Source of the DNA: Azolla caroliniana
Lineage: Eukaryota; Plantae; Polypodiophyta
Direction of reading: 5' to 3'
Assembly (NCBI GenBank): GCA_043228905.1
Contig: JBHGNT010000013.1
Location: 2,604,001-2,668,000, forward strand
Length of the DNA: 64,000 nucleotides
Shown here: piece by piece, positions 11,224-20,967 of the stretch
Numbering within the stretch: position 1 is the stretch's first letter
Layout of the letters: every line of letters starts with the position of its first letter
The notes under the pieces: generated by a model
What the model was told of the DNA's origin: nothing
The model's input: the letters and a program-made list of their open reading frames with translations, nothing else
Database searches by the model: none
Made by a program: the position numbers and the translations under genes

Positions 11224-13233
11224 CTAGTTATCGAAAGCTGGCTCACCGGGACGTGGTGTTAGATACGAACGCCGTGATAATGCATCTGCCTTCCCTTGGT
11301 GCTTCCCCGGACGATATGTAATTTTGAAGTCGAAGCGTGTGAGGAAATGGGCCCACCGAGCTTGACGTCGATTCAGTACACGAGCATCTTGAAAGTAGGC
11401 AAGGTTCTTGTGGTCACTGAATACAGTGACTTGATGAGGAGATCCCTCCAGGAAATGCCTCCATTGCATAAAAGAATCAACTATTGCTAATAGCTCTTTA
11501 TCATGAATTTCGTAGTTGATTTCGGCGGCGTCAAACTTACGGGAGTGGAAAGCCACAGGATGTAGCTTCTCGTCGTTACCCTGTTGTGACAGAATGCTCC
11601 CCAATGCAAAATCCGATGCATCAGCTTCGATAATGAATGGTTTTTCCGGATCCACATGACCTAAAATTGGAGCTGATGTAAACGCCTTCTTAAGACTCTC
11701 GAAAGCCATGTCCGTCTCTTTAGACCAAATGAATGATTGTCCCTTCCTGGTGAGCTGTGTGAGAGGCAGCACAATTTTTGAGTAATTTTGTATGAACTTC
11801 CGGTAGAAATTTGCAAAGCCTAGGAAGCATTGCACATCCCGCACCGAACGCGGAGTGTGCCATTCTATCACCGTTTTGACCTTGGCTGGGTCCATAGATA
11901 TGCCTTCTGAGGAGATGACATAGCCGAGAAACTCCACTTGGTTGCACCCGAAACTACATTTCTCTAACTTTGCATACAGACCATGTTCTCGAAGTCGTTT
12001 TAGTACTAATAGTACATGAGAATCATGTTCTTCTTGGGTCTTTGAATAAACCAGTAGATCATCCAAATAGATGATCAAAAAATCATCCAAGAGGTCTCGA
12101 AATATATCATTCGCCATGTGCTGGAAGACTGCCGGCGCATTAGTGAGTCCGAACGGCATGACCGTATACTCGAAGTGCCCATATCTGGTGCGAAACGCGG
12201 TCTTCCATTCATCTCCTGGTCGGATCCGTACGAGGTTATAGGCTCCTCGTAAGTCGATCTTCGTGAAGAACCTGGCACCGTTGATCCGTTCTAAAAGACT
12301 TGAGATAAGGGGAAGAGCATACCTATTTCTTACGGTGACCTTATTCAAGCCACGGTAATCTACAACGAGTCGAAGCGAGCCATCTTTTTTCTTGACGAAG
12401 AAAATGGGTGCGCCGGCTGGAGATTTCGAATGCCGAATGAAACCGTTCTCCAAATTCTCCTCTATATAGGCTCGAAGGACTTCTAGCTCGGTTGGTGACA
12501 AATTGTAGATCGGCCCCCATGGCGGCTCTTTTCCCGGTTGTAAGTCGATGGCGCAGTCGTACGGCCGATGATGAGGAAGTGTGTTGGCTTGTACTTTATC
12601 GAACACAGCAGCATACTGACGATACTTCTCGGGAAGTTGAACGGTGGACTCCTCTTTGGTGGTGCTGGAGGGTTGTACTGATATTGCAAAGAGAAACATT
12701 TCCTCCTTGCGCCCTTCCTCACGCAACTGACGTAGCGAAATGGTTGCAACCTTCTGGGTAGATCCTTGGGTTTGTCGCAACCGGATTTCCCTTGTCCTCC
12801 AATCTATGTCTGGGTCATGTAACTCGAACCATGGTAATCCTAAAACTATGGGATGTTCTGGAATACTAATAATATTAAATGATACTACACATGTTAAGTT
12901 ATCTAGGACAATATTAACGGGTTCCGACTCTTCTATGATATTACCAGAAGCAATGGGACGACCATCAATGACTACTACTGAGGCTGGACATGGGAGCTTT
13001 CTTAGAGATATCTGATGAGCTCGGGCAAAATTCCTATCCATGAAGCAAGAATTAGCTCCGGAATCTAGAAGGGCTAAGGTATGTACTGGAGGGGTACTTT
13101 TAGTACTAACTGCTACTTGGACTACGAACACATCACTAACTTGCTTAGAGGGAATGGAACCACTAATGGGCTGCACAGATCTAGGGCTGTCCAACCAAAC
13201 GGCTCCTATTTTGGCTGGACTTAGTCGTTTAAC
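11224..13233 (-). CDS. pol: Pol: aspartic protease, reverse transcriptase and RNase H (-1 frame relative to gag)
   Basis: [57 protein letters not shown]. Confidence 0.95.
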   Translation of the reverse strand, partial: VKRLSPAKIGAVWLDSPRSVQPISGSIPSKQVSDVFVVQVAVSTKSTPPVHTLALLDSGANSCFMDRNFARAHQISLRKLPCPASVVVIDGRPIASGNIIEESEPVNIVLDNLTCVVSFNIISIPEHPIVLGLPWFELHDPDIDWRTREIRLRQTQGSTQKVATISLRQLREEGRKEEMFLFAISVQPSSTTKEESTVQLPEKYRQYAAVFDKVQANTLPHHRPYDCAIDLQPGKEPPWGPIYNLSPTELEVLRAYIEENLENGFIRHSKSPAGAPIFFVKKKDGSLRLVVDYRGLNKVTVRNRYALPLISSLLERINGARFFTKIDLRGAYNLVRIRPGDEWKTAFRTRYGHFEYTVMPFGLTNAPAVFQHMANDIFRDLLDDFLIIYLDDLLVYSKTQEEHDSHVLLVLKRLREHGLYAKLEKCSFGCNQVEFLGYVISSEGISMDPAKVKTVIEWHTPRSVRDVQCFLGFANFYRKFIQNYSKIVLPLTQLTRKGQSFIWSKETDMAFESLKKAFTSAPILGHVDPEKPFIIEADASDFALGSILSQQGNDEKLHPVAFHSRKFDAAEINYEIHDKELLAIVDSFMQWRHFLEGSPHQVTVFSDHKNLAYFQDARVLNRRQARWAHFLTRFDFKITYRPGKHQGKADALSRRSYLTPRPGEPAFDN

Positions 13234-14390
13234 TCTTCTTCTAATTGGCTAAGGACATCAAATTTGTTTGCGAGATTCGGACTATTAGTACTATTAGGAC
13301 TATTATGACTATGAGGATTATCAGAGATTCCTACTGACATAGACTCGGGTTTAGTATAGTCAGAACTAACAATGACTTGGTTTACCTGCCTTCTTGGTCT
13401 ATGGGGACAGTTTATCGCGATATGCCCTGGTCCACCGCAATAAAGGCATAATCGGTTTGTTCGGCGTCGTTGCTTTTCCTCCTCCGATAGCGGCCCACGA
13501 CGACGTGTAGTGTCAATTTCCATTGGAGTTGGAGTACTTACTGGAGGCGCATTATGTGACTCCCTTTGAAAAGGTTTCGCTACCATTGAGGCATAGGTAG
13601 GCTCGGATCTTGCCCTCGGCATCTGGAATTGTCGTTCCGAACGTCGCTCGAAGAGGCGGTTGTCACATCTGACCGCTCGACTGATTGCTTCTGTTAATGA
13701 TTTTGGCTCTTCAGGGAAAGTCAAGAGTAAATCCTTGACATCGTTGCGTAGACCATAGCGGAACTGCTCCATCAATGCTTGATCATCCCAGGGGATATCG
13801 GCGGCGAGTAGGCGGAAATCTGCAGCATATGCGGAGGCTGGACGGTCACCTTGGCGTAATCGCCGGATTTTGTTGATTGCAGTCCTTATGCTGTCAGTAT
13901 CTCCAAAACATGCTTTAAACTCACTTATGAATTCTTCAAAATTATTTAGTACTGGAGATTCCTTTTCTAGTAGCGGTGCGAACCATGCTAATGCTGAGCC
14001 AGTTAACAACGTGCCTACTAAACCCACTCGTGATGCATCGGTGGGATATCGGGACGGATGCATTTGAATAACTAACCGTACCTGGTTAAGAAACCCTCTA
14101 AACTGCGATCGCGTTCCATCGAACTTCGTGGGAAGGCCAATCTTGGGTTCTTTATGAATCCCTTGTGCTCCGTGCCCTTGTTGCTGCATTGCTACGATGG
14201 TTGCTTCGAGTTGTTGCACGCGTAACGCAAGTTCCCCATGCTGTTGTTGCGTTTGCTGCTTTTCTAAGGAAATTTGCTGAAGATCCCCCAACAAGCGTTG
14301 ATTTTCTTGTTCCAAAGCATGAAACTTCTCTTTCAAGCATTGAAATTCCGAGAAAACGGATTGATACTCTTCAGCGCTAACGGTGGCCAT
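13221..14390 (-). CDS. gag: Gag (PEG10/RTL1-like capsid, coiled-coil N-terminus, CCHC knuckle)
   Basis: KEPKIGLPTKFDG, LRQG..A..YA..FR, PMEID, CLYCGGPGHIAINC. Confidence 0.95.
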   Translation of the reverse strand: MATVSAEEYQSVFSEFQCLKEKFHALEQENQRLLGDLQQISLEKQQTQQQHGELALRVQQLEATIVAMQQQGHGAQGIHKEPKIGLPTKFDGTRSQFRGFLNQVRLVIQMHPSRYPTDASRVGLVGTLLTGSALAWFAPLLEKESPVLNNFEEFISEFKACFGDTDSIRTAINKIRRLRQGDRPASAYAADFRLLAADIPWDDQALMEQFRYGLRNDVKDLLLTFPEEPKSLTEAISRAVRCDNRLFERRSERQFQMPRARSEPTYASMVAKPFQRESHNAPPVSTPTPMEIDTTRRRGPLSEEEKQRRRTNRLCLYCGGPGHIAINCPHRPRRQVNQVIVSSDYTKPESMSVGISDNPHSHNSPNSTNSPNLANKFDVLSQLEEELND

Positions 14391-14480
14391 GGGATGAAGG
14401 AAAAGGGAAATAAGAGACTAGTAGGAAAGGAGAGAGACAGAAGGAAGAGGGAGACTAGTAGGAGGGAAATCGGTTCAAAC

Positions 14481-14613
14481 TGTCAGGAACTCTATTAAGG
14501 CAGAGAAGGAATTAGTACTAAAGGAAGGATTAGTACTATTGTTGGGGAATAGTACTAAGACAGAGAAGGATTAGTACTATGAGAGGTGTCGAACTTTGAG
14601 AGAAGGAATGAGT

Positions 14614-14663
<50 letters not shown>

Positions 14664-14953
14664 TGATGCGAAAGATATATGTATTATATGACGGAAGATA
14701 TACAACAGTAGTTAGAAGGCTTAAGACTGGCGTTGAACCGATTTGGTTCGAACTAATGCCTTGCGCCTCCTTTTATAGTGTCTTCAGGAATACTCCTGAA
14801 GTTTCTAGAATGTTCCAGAGAAATCTGGAATATACATCAATTTCCTAATAAAACCTAAATGAAAATAATATCCTTCAAATTACAACTCATAACCTAATGG
14901 TAAAGTCTCGACCCGTGTAACAAAAGGTTATGGGTTCGAGTCTAGTTATGACA
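14481..14953 (-). repeat. 5' LTR of chromovirus (473 bp), TATAAAA at 14777-14771
   Basis: Direct repeat of 9174-9644. Confidence 0.97.
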
Positions 14954-14958
14954 CCGAC

Positions 14959-15574
14959 AAAACCAAGGAATGATCAAACTTCTCGAATATTGCTTGTCGT
15001 GCAATGTTTGTAAAACAAATCGGACATGTTTAGCATGTTCTTCTAATGTATGACTATAAACTAGAATATCATCCAAGAAAATAACGACAACTTTTCCAAG
15101 TTGTTCTCGGAAAATGTCATTCATTTCTTGTTTAAATGTGGCCGGAGCATTGGTCAAACCAAAAGGCATAACCAAAAACTCATAATGGCCATAGCGCGTA
15201 CGAAATGTCGTTTTAGGAACATCGTCCTCACTAATACGAATTTGACGAGAGCCCATACGAAGATCAAGTTTCGTAAAATACCAAGCTCCCTCGAGACGGT
15301 CAATTAGATCGTCAGCCTAAGGAAATGGATATGAATTCTTGATCGTCATTTTATTCAGGCGTTGGTAATTAATACACATATGCCATGTGCCCTCTTTCTT
15401 TTTTACCAAGAGAACAGGTGCACCCCATGGAGATTTCCTATAACGTATACAGTAACCCATTCATAAATAGTCCTTGCGTTGCTTAGATACCTCATCCTCT
15501 TCGGATCGACTTAAATGATAAGGAGATATACGGTGCAACGTGGTACAATATCTATATGACGGTCTATATTATGT
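14959..15574 (-). pseudogene. pol: Gypsy RT fragment of the decayed host element
   Basis: [37 protein letters not shown]...FLDDILVYS. Confidence 0.9.
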
Positions 15575-16666
15575 TGTCGTAAAGATTTTTGCCAACGGTG
15601 TGAAAATTGAATGGAATGTACGAAATCAAGTGAGGTTCTTCACACACAACATAAAACAATAATAGTGAAGATACTATTTTATACTAGTTTAATATCTTGG
15701 CACAAAAAAATGGAGGTCTTCACGAGCTTTCGAATACACTTTACCACATAAGAAACGGACAACTAAATGGCAAGTTATGTGGGTATAAAGTTTGCAAAGA
15801 AGAAGAGAAAAAACAAAACTACGAGATATCCCACATAGACAGGACAAATAAGGATCCCAAAGTATATAAGCAAGGCCAAAATGTATTGCTTTGTGTTTAT
15901 GAGTGGATCATAGAATATTCAAGGTGACTTGAGCTAAACTAATCGGATAAATGGGTGTGCCCTAACTACTTGTAAAGTTTTTGGTTGACCAGAACCGGAC
16001 GGAGTCGGCGAGGCGGCGGCTTCGCGATCAAGACCGGGATTGGATGGCGATGGACAGGATCAAATCGAGATCGGATTGAACCGATCGGGACAGACAGATC
16101 GGTCGGTTGAACACGGTGTATGGTGTTTTGAAGATTTTTGGTGTAAATACAAGACCAAAAGCCTAGTAGTATTTTGTGTTTTAAAAGGGATATGAGCAAG
16201 GCTTGAACCTTGCACCTCCAAGATAGGAAGCAATATACTTACCACTAAGCCAAGTCATTTCCTTAGAAATTATATTTTTATCATTATACTTTTACATGTA
16301 AATTCTCATACATGAGAGCTTAGATCAAGCATGCATTTCATGCATTACGTGCATGTCTTGCACCCTCACATGCACCATATGCATGGGGGCATCTATAAAA
16401 GAGTGGAGGAATCAAGTAAATGAAACTAATGAAAAATTTGGGAAAAATAAGAAACTTGTAATCCTATTGTTGATGTATCTTCTCTCTTAAATCTAAAAGT
16501 TAAAAGTTCAATCTTCATCTCAATATCTCTCTTTCGTCATATCAATATCTCTCCATCTATCTTAAATACTTTCTCACTAAAGTTAGTGCAAACTTCGAAT
16601 GCTTCCGGTCCAGGACCCCGGTGATTCTGCCTCACGATCCGCACGTGGTGACGGATATTCACGACA
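15575..16666. mobile_element. Probable solo LTR (1092 bp)
   Basis: TGTCGT...ACGACA termini; 4-bp TSD ATGT/ACGT; host reads LPPKR|NIDRHIDI across it; TATAAAA near 16394. Confidence 0.7.
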
Positions 16667-17290
16667 ACGTTTAGGAGGTAACCCATGTGGTAGTTCACTC
16701 GGAAAAACATCACGAAAATCATTTAAGATTTCATCGAGTTGTTGTTGTTCAAAATATGATAATTGAACTGAGACATTATCGATATTGTAAACGTGAATGT
16801 TCGGATCAAGTACACAATAAAATAAAGTAGAACAAGACAACTCGGATATTGATGGCGAGGAAACAATCGAAAGAGATTGTTTTTTAACACATTGAATAAA
16901 ATGAGTACAATTGTTCAATACAAAAGTAATTGAATGATGAACCCAATCAATAGATAAAAAAGAGTTTTTATTAAAAAACCAGGGATAACCTAGTATTACA
17001 TCAGTGGTACAAAGATTCATTACATGGAAGTCTACTTCCTCTATATAAGTATCAATAGAAATTCCTAATGAATGAATCACCTCGTTGATGCATTGTACTC
17101 TTCCATCAACCAAGTGCACCCTATAGGTGTGATCACTTACGGTGAGTTGGATTCCCCATATCTGAACCAAACGATCATTCACAAAATTGTGTGAGCTTCC
17201 CGAATCAAATAAAAATTGTACCGGAGATCCATTGATATACGTGTTTGCACGTAGTAAATCATTGGGTCCCAATACATAGTGAGGGAAAGA
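16667..17290 (-). pseudogene. Gypsy aspartic protease region of the decayed host element
   Basis: INGSPVQFLFDSGSSHNFV...DVILGYPWF...FRDVFPSELPHGLPPKR. Confidence 0.88.
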
Positions 17291-17756
17291 ACATTGACAA
17301 TTACTTAAATGACGTGTATAGACCTCAAGGACATTAGGAATCTGACCTTTATGGTCTGCAACTTTTGCTTTGTCATCGTGCTCTTTTTGTTGGAGCTTTC
17401 GACATTGTTCTTTTGTATGACCCTTCTTTTTGCAGAATACGCAAAAAGGATGTTGTCACTTACAATCGTGTTCCATGAATTCGTTGGGTGTCTTGCATTT
17501 CCCAAGGAATTGCGACTACTTAGTCCTGGGTGCTTTGTTGGGTTTGTTATGGTCCTTCTTCGAAGTGCGTTGATAGCGAAGAACTATTTCAACTGCCTCT
17601 TCGAAGGATTTTGGATCCTTATTGTGCACTATCCAATGATAGTCTGAATTGGAGATGCCATTGACAAAACAAGTTATCAACCAATTGTCCCCTTCTAGAC
17701 CCGATTTTTGGATTTGGGTTCTAATATGGTGAACATAGTCTTCTAGCGAGGAAAAC

Positions 17757-18458
17757 TATTGGGAATATGTCCCTCCAGTGGGAGGAAGAACCGAATGATT
17801 GGAAAGCCAACAGTCAATGATAGGGAAGATCCGACTGTTCGGAAAGCCGACAGTCAAAGAGTCGAACACAATGAGTCGATTGTTTCAAGATTCGATTATT
17901 ATTATTATAGTAATAATAATGATGATGATGTGTGGAAACAAGTCCCTCTAGATGGGAAAGAGAGAGGACCCGAGTTGATGAGTGACTCGGCTGAGGCCGA
18001 AACCAGAAACGTGTATATAGCCAACTCGAGAGACTATAATTGTAAATAGTTTTAAGTGTGCGCCCCATGAGGGCTACGTATTTAAATAACCAGAAAGTTG
18101 CGTAAGTATATATGCAACTAGGGCAAACTTTTAGTCTAAGAACAGTGTAAGAACAGAAGTTGTAGAGACACATAGAGTGTGAGAGAAGGAAGAGCCACGC
18201 CATAGCTATGTGTGTAACAGCAGACACGAAGAGCCCTGTGCGGCTGATGCACTCGTGAGAGAGTGTTGTAATCTTCTCGCTATTGTATATCAACTATTTG
18301 TATAGTGAAGAATCTGTTCCGTGGTTTTCCCCATTTTAGGGTTTCCACGTAAATCTCTGTGTATATCTATTTATCTTGTCTTTCTGGTGTATTCTTGTGA
18401 TTCGTATTTCAGCGCGTAGTTCGTTTATTGTGATCTATTCCGCATCGGTTTCTCGACA
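17757..18458 (+). mobile_element. Copia solo LTR (702 bp) inserted in gypsy gag
   Basis: TATTGGG (mutated TG)...GACA; TSD AAAAC; start resembles the LTR at 29984; GTGGTTTTCCCC..TAGGGTTTCCACG motif. Confidence 0.85.
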
Positions 18459-18463
18459 AAAAC

Positions 18464-19000
18464 TTCTTGCTAGAGAGGTTCATTAAAGCTTGTGCTGCCT
18501 CGGTTCGAGATGGGGATTGTAGAAATTGGCCCTTGAAAACTATGACAAAATCTATCCAGGTATTGGGCAATTTCCCCAAAGTTCGGAGCGCACACCACCA
18601 GGCGACGGCCTTACCCCCTACTTCTCGGCCGACATATGCAATCTTCGTACTATCTAGCATGGGATAGAGCTCAATATGAGACTCCCATCGGCCCAGCCAT
18701 GTGCAGATTGCTTCTTCGGTTCTTTCGTTTTTTTCTCCTATAAATGGCTTTACGACAAATGATGGTTCACCCTAACGCTCATCAGGCGGGTCTATTAGTC
18801 TCACGTTGTAAACTAATGACACGTGCCTTGAGAGCACTTTGAGATTGCCGAAGTTCGGACATCTGATGCGCGGTTGAACTAAGGAAATGTTGTATTTGTA
18901 AAAAATACGACTCAATAGACATTGGTCCAGGAGGATTTCCTTGAGTTCCTTCCGCTTGAGCGAATGACATCGGGTCATTATTCTGAGCCATTGAATGATT
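18464..19000 (-). pseudogene. gag: Gypsy gag N-terminal fragment
   Basis: KIAYVGREVGGKAVAWW...PNTWIDFVIVFKGQF retrotransposon gag motif. Confidence 0.75.
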
Positions 19001-20941
19001 ATTTCTGGCAAAGAAATAGGATAAGGTCAGACAAATAGTCATAACATCAAGTCGTGATGTAAACATATCATGGGCCAACATTAATCGATATCATGATCTC
19101 AAGTCAATACCCCTCTAGACATATGAGATGAGGTTCAAGATCAGGTTACTATGGTAACACAAAGGTGTTTTAAAAACCATGGGGGTGACAAATGAATGTC
19201 TTTCCCTAATCTCTATATCAATTTTTTCATGGCAACTCCCCGAGGCTCAACCATGTATGTTCGCGTCATGAATAGTTTATACACGAAAAAATGTTAACAA
19301 TAAAGTATGTTTCGGTGCCCACGCATGTGGTTTCAGCCCTTTAAGTCCTATTACAAGGACCCCAAAGTGCACTTAGACCTAAAGTCTAAACATGTATTAT
19401 AGTCATATGTATCAACAATATCAACAATGTCTTATGGTCTTGGTCATATTTGAACACGAGACCTCAAAAACAAATGCATTAAACACTTGAGCTAACCAAA
19501 TAGGTTGCTCGTGTTGAATGTTTAATATTTTATGCATATAAGTGATATGCGAGGCATTTGCCCATATATGTTTTTTTAAAAGAAACATATATGTCAAGAG
19601 TCCTTATTTCCCTCTCGTTTACCACAAACTATGTTGGTACGTTACCGAACCTCAAGTATCATAATTACAATGGCATACGCCAAAGTGCAACCTAATGGTC
19701 AAGCCAAATGAGCCCTCTTTTTCGTAGTAGACCCACATGGTCCATCACATGGTTATGTCATTACGAATGCCTTTCATAAGAATGATGTCATGGTGGCATC
19801 GTATCCATGTAATGAGGGAGGGATGTTGGATATGTGTGTCCTAGGAGCGACCTCACATGAAGTGGGTCAAGCCCTACGTTCTCACCATCATTGTGGCTAT
19901 GATCGTTTCGTTACGTAACGAAATTGAAGTGACCAACGGAGATGTCAACAAAAAATATTGTTGAAAAAATGATGGTGACTACGCCATTCTCACAAAAATG
20001 TGAGGACGGCCACCAAGATCCTTTCCCCAAAAAGGACAACATTTGATATAGAAATTACCTTATAACTAACTTACATATATGTATATTTATCACACATATA
20101 CGATCAAATACGTATACCTGTGACCACATATGCGTATATTAAGAAAAATCGTAACATGAAATAGCCAACAAATGATGAAATTGAGACCCCAGTTTCAATG
20201 TATAGCCTCTACGCACACGAAACATCCAAAAATAAGGATTAATCGTAATACACAATTTAGGTATTGACCTCTTACGCATACGACACAAATCGCATATTAT
20301 TTATGTTGGGATTTCGGTCCCTTCGGATGGGATGGTCGGATGTCGGAGACGAATGTCGACAAGCCCGGTTGCGGTTTCGGAACCGGATGATGAAGACCCC
20401 GGTTTCGGAACCGGATGATGAAGACCCCGGTTTCGGAGCCGGATGACGAATGTACCCGGAGAGAGATCCGGATGCGGGGACATATCTGAGAATATGTTTG
20501 CCAAGGGCCCTTGAGGCTATAGTTGTAAATAGCCCCAAAGTCATATGAGTATAAATATGACTTAGGGCAAACAGTTTTACTGTCGCTACTCATTTTTCTG
20601 TTTTTCCACTCAACAGGAGTGAAGAGAGAGCAGCCGTGAGAGAGAGAGATAGAGCGTGAGAGAGGAAGAGGTCGAAGCCTCTGTGTAATACCGCCGCCTG
20701 TGGCGAGGACAGCGAGCTCAAGGTCGTCGCCTTGCAGCTCGCCATTTGTATACTTCTCTGTGCATAGTTTTGGTTTGGAGTCTTGTACTCCCGTGGTTTT
20801 TCCCGTCTAGGGTTTTCCACGTTAATCCCTGTGTAATCGTGTCCTTTCTCTGTGGTTCCTATTTTCTGCTACATTGATTCGCGCTTACTCGGTTGTGGCC
20901 GAGTGGTGAAGGTTAATCGGAGCATCGATTGCTTTACAAAC

Positions 20942-20953
20942 TGGTATCAGAGC
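20942..20953 (+). promoter_or_regulatory. Primer binding site (tRNA-iMet)
   Basis: TGGTATCAGAGC 3 nt after the 5' LTR. Confidence 0.95.
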
Positions 20954-20967
20954 GACTCTTGCAGAAA

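Larger units (their letters stand above)
9174..14953 (-). mobile_element. Full-length, very young Ty3/gypsy chromovirus (Tcn1/Tf1-like)
   Basis: LTRs 9174-9644 and 14481-14953 appear identical except (GA)20 vs (GA)21; TGTCA...TGACA ends; TSD CCGAC; PPT next to 9645; gag-PR-RT-RH-IN-chromodomain order. Confidence 0.97.

Noticed and set aside
19085-19105. Self-priming PBS for the old gypsy (TCATGATCT matching ~30 nt after the TATA near 26295)
   Set aside because: Only 9 nt and no adjacent LTR boundary; could be chance
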